Position numbers and translations under genes: made by a program. From Deltaproteobacteria bacterium (lineage in GTDB: Bacteria; Myxococcota_A; UBA9160; SZUA-336), in NCBI GenBank assembly GCA_016875225.1, contig VGRW01000005.1:2936-66935 (forward strand): 64,000 bases of DNA, written 5' to 3'. Below the pieces are notes generated by a model. The model made no database searches. It was not told where the DNA came from and saw nothing but the letters and a program-made list of their open reading frames with translations. The first letter of the stretch is position 1. Each line of letters starts with the position of its first letter. Shown piece after piece: positions 31,880-40,024 of the stretch.

Positions 31880-32977
31880 GTGCGCCATCTCGAAATGCCG
31901 GAGCGCCTGCTTCTCGGTCCCGGACCGAGCAACGTGAGCGAAGAGGTGCGCGCGGCGCTCGCGCTTCCGCTCGTCGGCCATCTCGATCCCGCCTTTCTGG
32001 ACCTGCTCGACGAGGTGCAGCGACAGCTGCTCGCGCTGTTCCGCGCGCCCGACGGCGCGCTCGCGCTGCCGATCTCGGGAACCGGCAGCGCGGGAATGGA
32101 GGCGTGCCTGGTCAACCTGCTCGAGCCGGGCGACGGCCTGCTCGTCGCGGTGAACGGGGTCTTCGGCGAGCGGCTGGCCGCGATCGGCGAGCGCTGCGGC
32201 GCGCGGCTGCTGCGCGTCGAGGCGGAGATGGGCGAGATCGTTGCGCCAGAGCGGATCATCGCGGCGATCGAGGCGCACCGCCCCGAGGTCGTCGCGCTCG
32301 TCCACGCCGAGACGTCCACCGGAGTCGCGCAGCCCGTGAAGGAGGTTGCCGCTGCGGCGCGGGCGTCCGGTGCGCTAGTCGTCCTCGATTGCGTCACTTC
32401 GCTCTCCGGCATGGACGTTCGCATGGACGAATGGCAGATCGACGCCGCCTACTCGGCGACACAGAAGTGTCTCGCCTGTCCGCCCGGCCTGTCCCCGCTC
32501 GCGATCGGCCCGCGCGCGATCGCGCGCCTGGAGCGCAGACGGCGGCCGGTGCAGAGCTGGTATCTCGATCTCTCCCTGATCGGACGCTACTTCGGAGCGC
32601 GGCGCGTCTATCACCACACCGCGCCGATCTCGATGATCTTCGCGCTGCACGCCGCGCTGTCACGCGTGTTCGCGGAAGGGCTCGAGCAGCGCTTCGCGCG
32701 CCACGCCTCGGCGCACGCCCGTCTGGTCGCCGGGCTCGAGCCGATGGGTTTTCGGATGCTGGTTCCCGCTCGGTACCAGCTTCCGATGCTCTCCGCCGTG
32801 CTGCCGCCGTTCGACGACGAGTCGGCGGCGCGCCGGCGGCTTCTCGACGAACACGGCATCGAGATCGGGGGCGGGCTCGGTAAGCTCGCGGGAAGGATCT
32901 GGCGCATCGGCCTGATGGGCGAGAACGCGCGGCCGGAGGTCGTGGACCGACTGCTCGCCGCGCTGAGCCGGCTCTAG
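31880..32977 (+). CDS. class V aminotransferase (alanine-glyoxylate / serine-pyruvate aminotransferase family)
   Basis: GPGPSNV, PISGTGSAGMEA, YSATQKCLACPPGLSP (PLP Lys region). 365 aa. The start may be the M at 31895. Confidence 0.9.
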   Translation: MRHLEMPERLLLGPGPSNVSEEVRAALALPLVGHLDPAFLDLLDEVQRQLLALFRAPDGALALPISGTGSAGMEACLVNLLEPGDGLLVAVNGVFGERLAAIGERCGARLLRVEAEMGEIVAPERIIAAIEAHRPEVVALVHAETSTGVAQPVKEVAAAARASGALVVLDCVTSLSGMDVRMDEWQIDAAYSATQKCLACPPGLSPLAIGPRAIARLERRRRPVQSWYLDLSLIGRYFGARRVYHHTAPISMIFALHAALSRVFAEGLEQRFARHASAHARLVAGLEPMGFRMLVPARYQLPMLSAVLPPFDDESAARRRLLDEHGIEIGGGLGKLAGRIWRIGLMGENARPEVVDRLLAALSRL

Positions 32978-35004
32978 AAGGACGGGGCCAGCGTGATGCC
33001 CGCGTCGGAGCTGCGGTGCGGCGCCGCGGAGATGCCGTCCAGACCCACGGCCAGTCTCGCCTCGACAGGGAAGTAGCGCGAGATGCCGAGCCAGCGCGCG
33101 AAGGGAATCACGAGCGAGGCGCGCGGACCGAACGTTCCGACCTCGACGGCGACGCGGGCGTGGTCGAGGCTCGCGCGCGCGCCGATGCCAAGCTCGCCAT
33201 CCGCATCGCCGTTCGCGTAGAACATCGGGTCGTAATCGCGACGGATCTCGATGCACGGCGTCTCGGGCGGACAGGAAAGGCTCTCGCCTCCGAGCGCACG
33301 CTCGGCCAGGAAGCTCTCCTCGCGACGCTCGAGCTCGACCGCGCCAGCCATGTGCGAGCGTTGCCCGTCCACCAGCGCCGCTTGGAACGCGTCGGCTCCG
33401 GACGCGAGCTCGACGCGCCAGGGGCGCGCGACGAGCGACCGCCCTGCCCGGACCCGCGCGTCCATCCGCCGCAGATGGCCCAGGACCCCGCCCGCGCTCT
33501 CGCCGCGGGCCGAGAGCGTCGCGTCCTCGATGCCGCTCGCCAGACCCGCCAGAAGCGCGAGCGATCGGGCCGTCGGTATTCGCGAGCCCGCTTCGACCGG
33601 CCGACCCGATTCGGTGTCGAGCGAGATCAGGAATGCCGCGGCGTCGGAAGTAAGCCCGTCCAGCAGCTCCGGCGCCGCTCCTTCGAGCGCCGCGCGCGCG
33701 ACCACGACTCGCGTCGCAGCGAGGCGCGTCCACGCCGTCTTCGAGTGCGGCAGCACCAGGACTCCATCCTGGAACGCCGCGGCGCGCGGGCGGCTCCGCT
33801 CCTGGGCAGCGAGCGATTCGAGGCACGACGCCGCTTCGGCCGCCCGTTCGCCCTCGGGAGCGAGCTCGAGGTAGCGCCGCGCCGCGCTGCCAAGCGCGCG
33901 GCCCTCGGGCTGCCAGGAGCGCCAGGCCCGCGCCGGCGCATCGATCACCAGATTCGCCGGGCTCAGGGCCGCGCGCCAAGCCCGATACGACTCGCGCCAG
34001 GCTTCGAAGCCGTCGCGACTCAGCGCGAGCGCATCCGTCGCCGAGGGCACGGCCGTGGTGGAGAGCTCCTCTCCACCCACCCAACCGAGCGCGCGACGAG
34101 TCCGATACAGGTCGAGCTCGGTCTCGAACGCGGCATCCGGATCCACGCTCGGATCGACGAGCCACTCCGACGCGAGCTTCGCGGCCCGATCGCGTCCACG
34201 CGCGATGCGCCTCAGTTCGTCGAGGGCGCGATCGCGATCGCCGCGGAGATGGCGCGCCGCCGCGCGGGCCAGAGCGGCATCGCTGGAATCGATCGGTCCC
34301 AGCTCCTGCGCGCGCGCGAGGTCGTCGAGGAGCAGCGCGGTCCCGAGCTGAACCTCCCAGGCCGCGATCGAGAATTCCGAAGCAACCGCCTCCGACTCCG
34401 CCTGCTCGTCCAGCAGCGCGCGCCATTCCTGCTCGTCGATCTCGTCGAGCAGGCGGTCCGCGCGCGTCGAGCCGGGCTCGAGCGCGAGCGCGCGGTCGAC
34501 GGTTCGGCGCGTGCGCCGGAGATCACCGGCTCCGAACGCGCGTTCGGCCTCGGAGAGCAGCTCCGCGACGCGAGCCTCGCTCTCGCGCCGCTCCAGGCGC
34601 GTGAAGAGCGCGAGGCTCGCGGCGTCGAGCTCGCCGCTGCGAGCGCCGGGCCCGAGCAGAACCATCGCCTCGTCTTCCGCCAGGCTCCGGTCATCCCAGT
34701 CGCGCAAGCCACGCCCGACCCGCCCGACAGAGCGCAGCAGCTTGAGCGGCGAGACTTGTAGCGATGCGTGGATCCCGAGGTCGACGATCTCCGCGGAGAG
34801 ATCTGCGAATTTCCTGCGACGCTCGGCCGCGAGCAGCTCCGAGGCCTCGCTGGCGCGCGCCTGGTCGCTGCGAAGCTCGGGCGCGAGGAGCAGACTCGCC
34901 GCCTCCTCGCCGACATCGAGCTCGCCCGCGCGGCTGCTCGAGCCGGACGCGAGCGAGAGCACGAGCACGGCGATCGCCAGCGCGATGCGCGGATCAGTGC
35001 GCAT
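32974..35004 (-). CDS. secreted hypothetical protein, helical N-terminal region and C-terminal beta-rich segment ending in Phe (outer-membrane-protein-like)
   Basis: Signal peptide MRTDPRIALAIAVLVLSLASG. 676 aa. The C-terminal ~100 aa have alternating hydrophobic residues and a terminal F (ITLAPSF). Confidence 0.65.
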   Translation of the reverse strand: MRTDPRIALAIAVLVLSLASGSSSRAGELDVGEEAASLLLAPELRSDQARASEASELLAAERRRKFADLSAEIVDLGIHASLQVSPLKLLRSVGRVGRGLRDWDDRSLAEDEAMVLLGPGARSGELDAASLALFTRLERRESEARVAELLSEAERAFGAGDLRRTRRTVDRALALEPGSTRADRLLDEIDEQEWRALLDEQAESEAVASEFSIAAWEVQLGTALLLDDLARAQELGPIDSSDAALARAAARHLRGDRDRALDELRRIARGRDRAAKLASEWLVDPSVDPDAAFETELDLYRTRRALGWVGGEELSTTAVPSATDALALSRDGFEAWRESYRAWRAALSPANLVIDAPARAWRSWQPEGRALGSAARRYLELAPEGERAAEAASCLESLAAQERSRPRAAAFQDGVLVLPHSKTAWTRLAATRVVVARAALEGAAPELLDGLTSDAAAFLISLDTESGRPVEAGSRIPTARSLALLAGLASGIEDATLSARGESAGGVLGHLRRMDARVRAGRSLVARPWRVELASGADAFQAALVDGQRSHMAGAVELERREESFLAERALGGESLSCPPETPCIEIRRDYDPMFYANGDADGELGIGARASLDHARVAVEVGTFGPRASLVIPFARWLGISRYFPVEARLAVGLDGISAAPHRSSDAGITLAPSF

Positions 35005-35905
35005 GGCCCTTCACTTCCTCGTGGACGGCGAGCAGCGCCTCGATCCGCGTCCGCGCCTCGCGGCGGAGCGCGGGCTTGTGGTCCTCGCCCGCCAGCTCGT
35101 AGGCCGAGAACGCCTGATCGAGGAGCGAGTCGTATCGCTCGACGTCGAGATTCGCGATTCGCGCCCTCGCCCGCACCCGCTCGCGCCGCGCCGCATCCGC
35201 GTACAGATCGCCGAGTCGCAGCAGGTGCTTGCCGAAGAGCTTCGATTCGCGATGCGTCTCGATCAACGTCCGGCAGGCGCCGATCGCGTCGACGAGTCTG
35301 CCGGCGCGCTCCAGCCCGTCGACGCGCAGGACCTCCCAGCTCTCCGCCTCCTCGCGGGCCAACGGCTCCTGCGGAGTCCCCCGTACGTCGAGCGAGAGGC
35401 TTCGCCAGACCGCGAGTCGGCCTTCGACGAAGAGCAGCTCCTCCTCCGCGCTCGCGAAGGGTCGCTCGGGCGCGGCGGAAGCGGCGGCGAATTTCTCGAT
35501 GCTCTCCAGCCGCTCCGCGGCCGCATCGCCCAGCAGCGACCCGGACTCCTTCACGCGCGAATACGCGCGCGCCGCGTCCTGGTAGCGGCGCAGTCGTTCG
35601 AGCGCCTTGCCGCGGGCGAACTCGATCACGTAGTCGGCGTTCTGCCATTCGGATTCGGCGCGCGCTCGCTGCGCCGCGAGACGATCGAGCTTCCAGAGCG
35701 CGACGGAGTAGACGTCGTTGCCACCGGGTCCGACCGCTCGATCGAAGCGGTACGTGTCGTCTTGCATGTGCATCTTCAGCTGCGAGACGACCGCCGTCAG
35801 CGAGTCGTGCGCGCCGGCGGCGTCGCGTTCGCGCTCGCTCTGCGAAGCGCTCGCGCAGCCGACGAGCCAGCCGAGAACCGGGGCCACGAGCGCGATCTGT
35901 CGCAT
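34994..35905 (-). CDS. hypothetical lipoprotein
   Basis: ATG at 35905 gives MRQIALVAPVLGWLVGCASAS (lipobox LVGC). 303 aa, helical. 11-nt overlap with the downstream secreted-protein gene. Confidence 0.6.
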   Translation of the reverse strand: MRQIALVAPVLGWLVGCASASQSERERDAAGAHDSLTAVVSQLKMHMQDDTYRFDRAVGPGGNDVYSVALWKLDRLAAQRARAESEWQNADYVIEFARGKALERLRRYQDAARAYSRVKESGSLLGDAAAERLESIEKFAAASAAPERPFASAEEELLFVEGRLAVWRSLSLDVRGTPQEPLAREEAESWEVLRVDGLERAGRLVDAIGACRTLIETHRESKLFGKHLLRLGDLYADAARRERVRARARIANLDVERYDSLLDQAFSAYELAGEDHKPALRREARTRIEALLAVHEEVKGHAH

Positions 35906-36101
35906 GCGTCCCACGCCGTCACGAGGCTGCAGCTGTCGTGCCGGAGATCGGGAATCGGCAGCTCGCAGGCAGCTCCCGACGCAACCCGGCCCGGCTCGAT
36001 ACGGGAATCGCGCCTCGCCGACCGCTACTGCGAAGCGGCGTGCGCGGGGCGAAGCGGGGCGCACGTCCGAGTTGCGCGGATGCTGCGGATCCGCCGCCGG
36101 A

Positions 36102-36596
36102 TCAGCGCTCCAGCCAGTCCTCCGGCACGCCTGCAAGCGACGCCTCGACCCTCAGGTCTCGCAATCGCTGGCGCGAGGCTTCGAGCGACTGGCGATCGCG
36201 GCGCAGCTGAGCCCGGAGCTTCAGGACCTCCGGATCGGTCGCCTCGCCCCCGGCCGGGGAGTAGTTCCAATCCCCCGCCGTCGTCTTGCGCAGTCGCTGC
36301 TGACCGACCTCTACCTTCGACTCGAGATCGGTCACCTCGTAGTTCGCGCGCTCGAACGCGTCGCGCCATTCGGCGCGGTCACGGCCCCCGTAGCGGGGCT
36401 CCGCCGAAGGAGCGTCGCTCATGCTTCCCGGCGGCCGGAGCAGCCGCTCCAGATCGAGCGGCGGGGATGGCTCGTGCTGCGGCGCCGGGGACACGTCCTC
36501 GGGACCGATGTCGCCCCCGGGCGGTGGCGCCGATTGCGCCCACCCGTAGCCAGGGCAGATCAGCAGGAGCAGCAGGCAGAGTCGGGCGGAGTGCAT
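36102..36596 (-). CDS. small secreted hypothetical protein (Pro-rich N-terminal region, coiled-coil C-terminus)
   Basis: MHSARLCLLLLLICPGYGWAQS signal peptide. 164 aa. This is the only non-junk part of the 893-aa antisense ORF. Confidence 0.5.
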   Translation of the reverse strand: MHSARLCLLLLLICPGYGWAQSAPPPGGDIGPEDVSPAPQHEPSPPLDLERLLRPPGSMSDAPSAEPRYGGRDRAEWRDAFERANYEVTDLESKVEVGQQRLRKTTAGDWNYSPAGGEATDPEVLKLRAQLRRDRQSLEASRQRLRDLRVEASLAGVPEDWLER

Positions 36597-36713
36597 CCTC
36601 GGCCGAGTATAGGACAGGGCCGCGGCAGCTCCCATCAAGCGCGGATCAGGCGCGGCCGAAGCAGTGGGAGACGCGCGCGACGGCGGCTCGACGCGCGAGG
36701 GCGGGACCCCAAA

Positions 36714-37853
36714 ATGGATCGAGAGCGACTCCATCGACTGCTGCGGCTGGGCTTCGAAAAGGGCGCATCCGACATCCACTTCCAGGTCGGATACCTGCCG
36801 CTCTATCGCTTCAACGGCGAGCTGGTCGAGCTGAAGTACAAGATCCTGACGATGGCCGACACCGAGGCCATCGCGCGCCTGCTCATGGAGTTCGATCCGT
36901 CCAAGACGCTCGACGGCGTGTCCGAGATCGACATGGCCTACGAGATCGCCGGCGAGGGACGCTTCCGCGTCAACATCTCGCGCGAGCGCAAGGCCTACAA
37001 CATCGTGCTTCGCGTCGTGCCGCTCTCGATCAAGTCCTTCGAGGAGCTGAACCTGCCCTCGGTGCTGCGGACGATCGCGTCGGTGCAGCGCGGGCTGGTC
37101 CTCGTGACGGGCGCGACTGGAATGGGCAAGTCGACCACGCTCGCGACGATGCTCCAGGAGATCAACCGGGCGCTGAAGTGCAAGATCGTGACGATCGAGG
37201 ATCCGGTCGAGTTCATCTTCACGCACGAGCATTCGATCATCACCCAGCGCGAGATCGGCACCGACACGCCGAGCTTTCCCGCCGCGCTTCGAGCCGCGCT
37301 GCGACAGGATCCGGACGTGATCATGGTGGGCGAGATCCGCGATGCGGAGACCGTCGACACGGCGCTGAAGGCGGCCGAGACCGGGCATGCGGTGTTCTCC
37401 TCGATCCACACCAACGACGTCGTGACCACGCTGCGGCGGGTGGTGTCGTTCTTCCCGGTCGAGGAGCACCAGCAGGTCCGGGAGCGCCTGGCGGAGAACC
37501 TGCAGTCGATCGTCTCGCTGCGTCTGCTCCCGAACAAGAAGGGCACCGGACGCGTGCCCGCCGTCGAGGTCCTGCGCACGACCCGCTCGATCCGCGAGTG
37601 CATCCGCGATCCGAACCGCGCGGTGGAGATCCGCGATCACATCGAGAAGGGGCATTCGGACATGGAGATGCAGACCTTCGATCAGCACCTCCTCGAGCTC
37701 TACCAGGCGAACAAGATCAAGCTCGAGACCGCTCGCGACGCCGCGTCGAATCCGCGCGACTTCGCGACCAAGCTCGCGCTCGAGGGCGACTCGTCCTACA
37801 CGCAGGAGAGCCCGGGATCGCTCTCCGGCGGAAGCGACGAAGGTCGCTTCTAG
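36714..37853 (+). CDS. pilT: type IV pilus retraction ATPase PilT (twitching motility)
   Basis: Walker A GATGMGKSTT, IVTIEDPVEF, His box AVFSSIHTND, typical PilT C-terminus. 379 aa. Confidence 0.92.
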   Translation: MDRERLHRLLRLGFEKGASDIHFQVGYLPLYRFNGELVELKYKILTMADTEAIARLLMEFDPSKTLDGVSEIDMAYEIAGEGRFRVNISRERKAYNIVLRVVPLSIKSFEELNLPSVLRTIASVQRGLVLVTGATGMGKSTTLATMLQEINRALKCKIVTIEDPVEFIFTHEHSIITQREIGTDTPSFPAALRAALRQDPDVIMVGEIRDAETVDTALKAAETGHAVFSSIHTNDVVTTLRRVVSFFPVEEHQQVRERLAENLQSIVSLRLLPNKKGTGRVPAVEVLRTTRSIRECIRDPNRAVEIRDHIEKGHSDMEMQTFDQHLLELYQANKIKLETARDAASNPRDFATKLALEGDSSYTQESPGSLSGGSDEGRF

Positions 37854-37859
37854 ACCGCC

Positions 37860-39089
37860 ATGGAGATCCTCGCGCTCTACACCTCGCCCGATACGCTTCC
37901 CTCGGCGCTCGCCGCTGGCGCGCGCCATCTCGCCGCCGCGCTGCAGGGCTTCGCGCTGGTCTATCGCGCGACGCACGTCGCGGCCGAGCCCGACGGCTGG
38001 GCCGGCTTCACCTGTGCGAAGGACGCGCAGGTCGCGGGCGAGGAGCTCGACGACTTCGTCCGCCAGACGCTGGCATCCGAACGGCCGCTGCGAACCGACT
38101 CGCCCGAGGGCAGCCCGCGCATCTGGAGCCGAGCGGCGGGCGGGATCTACGGCTTTCCGATTCGCCACAACGGGCAGGTGCGCGGCGTTGCGCTGCTCGG
38201 CTGTCCGGGGCCGTGGCCGCGCGTGCAGAACGCGGGGATCGAGTCGATCCTTCGGCAGATCGCGCTGGTCCTGGATCACCATGCGGTGTCGAGCAGCCCC
38301 GCGGTCGAAGCCGAGCCGTCCGACGAGCTGCTGCGGCTCTCCGAGCAGCTGCTCGCCCAGGACATCGAGCTGATCAAGCGCGAGGAGCGGCTCACGCTCG
38401 TCGAGCGCCTGAAGGCGGATCTGATCGAGACGATGTCCTACGAGCTCCGCCAGCCGCTGAACAGCATGATCGAGCGCATGATCTCGGTGCTCGCGAACGA
38501 GCACGAGGCGCTCTCGGTATCGGGACGCGATTCGCTGCGCGGCGTGCTCGCCGACGGCAACACGCTGATGCAGATGCTCCAGAACATCCTCGACCTGTGG
38601 CGTCTGAAACAGGGCGAGGTTTCGATCGACATCCAGGACGTGAACCTGGCCGAGGTGATCGAAGAGGCGATCTTCAACGTTCGCGACACGCTGCAGCCCG
38701 ACGTCGTCTTCGAGAAGCGGATCCCGTCGGCCCTGCCGAAGATCCGCACGGACCTCGGCAAGCTGAATCAGATCCTCTTCCACCTGCTCGACAATGCCGC
38801 GAAGTTCACGCGGCGCGGGCGGATCGCGCTCGAGCTCGGGCTAGAGGACGGGCAGCTGGTCTGCAGCGTGACGGACACGGGAATCGGGATCGCCCCGGAC
38901 GATCAGGAGCAGATCCTCGACGAGTTCTACCGGGTCGATTCGTCGCCCGACAGCCGGCACCGCGGCGCCGGCCTGGGTCTCACGCTCGCGCGCGGATTGA
39001 TCGAGAAGCTCGGCGGGTCGCTCTCGCTCCAGAGCGAGATCGGTCAGGGCTCGCGCTTCAGCTTCGCGTTGCCCGTCACCATCTGCTAG
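37860..39089 (+). CDS. cytoplasmic GAF-like / HisKA / HATPase_c histidine-kinase-like protein whose H-box histidine is replaced by Tyr
   Basis: The dimerisation/phosphoacceptor box reads IETMSYELRQPLNSM where the consensus is SHELRTPL. N, G1, G2 boxes are present (LLDNAAKFT, DTGIGI, GAGLGL). No TM segment. Starts 7 nt after pilT. Confidence 0.85.
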   Translation: MEILALYTSPDTLPSALAAGARHLAAALQGFALVYRATHVAAEPDGWAGFTCAKDAQVAGEELDDFVRQTLASERPLRTDSPEGSPRIWSRAAGGIYGFPIRHNGQVRGVALLGCPGPWPRVQNAGIESILRQIALVLDHHAVSSSPAVEAEPSDELLRLSEQLLAQDIELIKREERLTLVERLKADLIETMSYELRQPLNSMIERMISVLANEHEALSVSGRDSLRGVLADGNTLMQMLQNILDLWRLKQGEVSIDIQDVNLAEVIEEAIFNVRDTLQPDVVFEKRIPSALPKIRTDLGKLNQILFHLLDNAAKFTRRGRIALELGLEDGQLVCSVTDTGIGIAPDDQEQILDEFYRVDSSPDSRHRGAGLGLTLARGLIEKLGGSLSLQSEIGQGSRFSFALPVTIC

Positions 39090-39099
39090 CCGCAGACGG

Positions 39100-39309
39100 T
39101 CAGTGCTGGGCGGCGTCGCCCTCGAGGTCGGGTGCGACGTAGCCGGCCGCGACCTCGCGCAGCGCGTTCACGACTGCCTTGTTCTCGGTCGTCTTCACCA
39201 GCCCGCGAGCTCCCCGCATGATCTGCTTGGCCCGGACAGAGACCATGACGACCAGGGCGAATCGGTTTCCCGCCCGCTCGGTGCAGTCCTCGATCGTGAT
39301 TCTGGCCAA
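39100..39309 (-). CDS. rpoZ: DNA-directed RNA polymerase subunit omega
   Basis: 69 aa: MARITIEDCTERAGNRFALVVMVSVRAKQIMRG. Confidence 0.9.
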   Translation of the reverse strand: MARITIEDCTERAGNRFALVVMVSVRAKQIMRGARGLVKTTENKAVVNALREVAAGYVAPDLEGDAAQH

Positions 39310-39361
39310 GGGGAACTCCTTCTCGTTGCGCGGCCGATCCTAGGATCTGGTCTTCGCCGGC

Positions 39362-39403
39362 GCAAGAAAGAAGAAGCCCCCGTCGCTTCGCAGCGACGGG
39401 GGC
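39362..39403 (-). terminator. putative intrinsic terminator after the 40-aa basic micro-ORF
   Basis: Minus-strand RNA: GCCCCCGUCGC-UGCGAA-GCGACGGGGGC (11-bp GC stem) followed by UUCUUCUUUCUU. Confidence 0.5.
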
Positions 39404-39429
39404 CTTCTATGGAATCAGAATGCGAGGCC

Positions 39430-39552
39430 TCAGACGGCCTTCTTGCGGCGGCGTGTGGCCTTCTTACGGCCAGCCTTCTTCTTTCCGCCCTTCTTCGCAC
39501 CCTTCTTCCGCCGCGTTGCCTTCTTGCTCGCGGCTTTCTTCCGAGCTGCCAT
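39430..39552 (-). CDS. 40-aa extremely basic Lys/Arg/Ala-rich micro-protein (histone-H1-like / nucleoid- or ribosome-associated candidate)
   Basis: ATG preceded by GGGGGTGAGAG (RBS-like). Translation MAARKKAASKKATRRKKGAKKGGKKKAGRKKATRRRKKAV. Hairpin terminator immediately downstream. Below the 60-aa cutoff of the ORF track. Confidence 0.45.
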   Translation of the reverse strand: MAARKKAASKKATRRKKGAKKGGKKKAGRKKATRRRKKAV

Positions 39553-39799
39553 TTGCTCTCACCCCCATTTGCGTTTTTGTTCACCGTGCTCGCGTTGCGA
39601 CCGCTCCGCTTGCGCTTCGGGGAGCAATTCGTGCACGACCGAGAGGACCCTGATTTGCGATTCCTCTCGCGTCACGTATCGGACTCGATCTTCCGAACTT
39701 GACGCGAGCACCGTTGTTTCACGTCTGGAAACGCGCGGTTCCCGTTCTCGGTTGCGCACACAGTAAGCATTGAGCGGCGAAAGTGTCAACGGAAGCGCC

Positions 39800-39836
39800 A
39801 AAAAAAACGCACCGATGTGTTCCATCGGTGCGTTTG
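39800..39836 (-). terminator. strong rho-independent terminator (acts on minus strand; A8 on plus / U8 on minus)
   Basis: Plus strand AAAAAAAA-ACGCACCGATG-TGTTC-CATCGGTGCGT-TT, a perfect 11-bp stem. On the minus strand it is followed by 8 U, directly downstream of the bS22-like ORF. Confidence 0.75.
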
Positions 39837-39870
39837 GATCGTGTCGACAGGAGGCCGAACGCGATCGACG

Positions 39871-39966
39871 TCAGCGCTTGTTGCGCTTGTGTCTCTGCTT
39901 CGCGCGAAGCTTCTTGTACTTGTGCTTGCGCATCTTCTTGCGCCGCTTCTTGATCACGCTGCCCAC
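39871..39966 (-). CDS. bS22-like ribosomal micro-protein candidate (31 aa)
   Basis: GTG-initiated ORF translating (M)[30 protein letters not shown]. Near-identical in pattern to mycobacterial bS22 ([21 protein letters not shown]...). GGAGG lies ~12 nt upstream, and a strong terminator follows. Confidence 0.55.
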   Translation of the reverse strand: [31 protein letters not shown]

Positions 39967-40024
39967 GGAAAACCCGGCCTCCACCGTCGAGTGGCGGCCG
40001 AAGTTATCCGTGGGAGGGTGCTTG

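Noticed and set aside
36102-38783. 893-aa minus-strand ORF
   Set aside because: Antisense to pilT and the kinase-like gene for most of its length. Only the C-terminal 164 aa (signal-peptide protein, 36102..36596) are retained.
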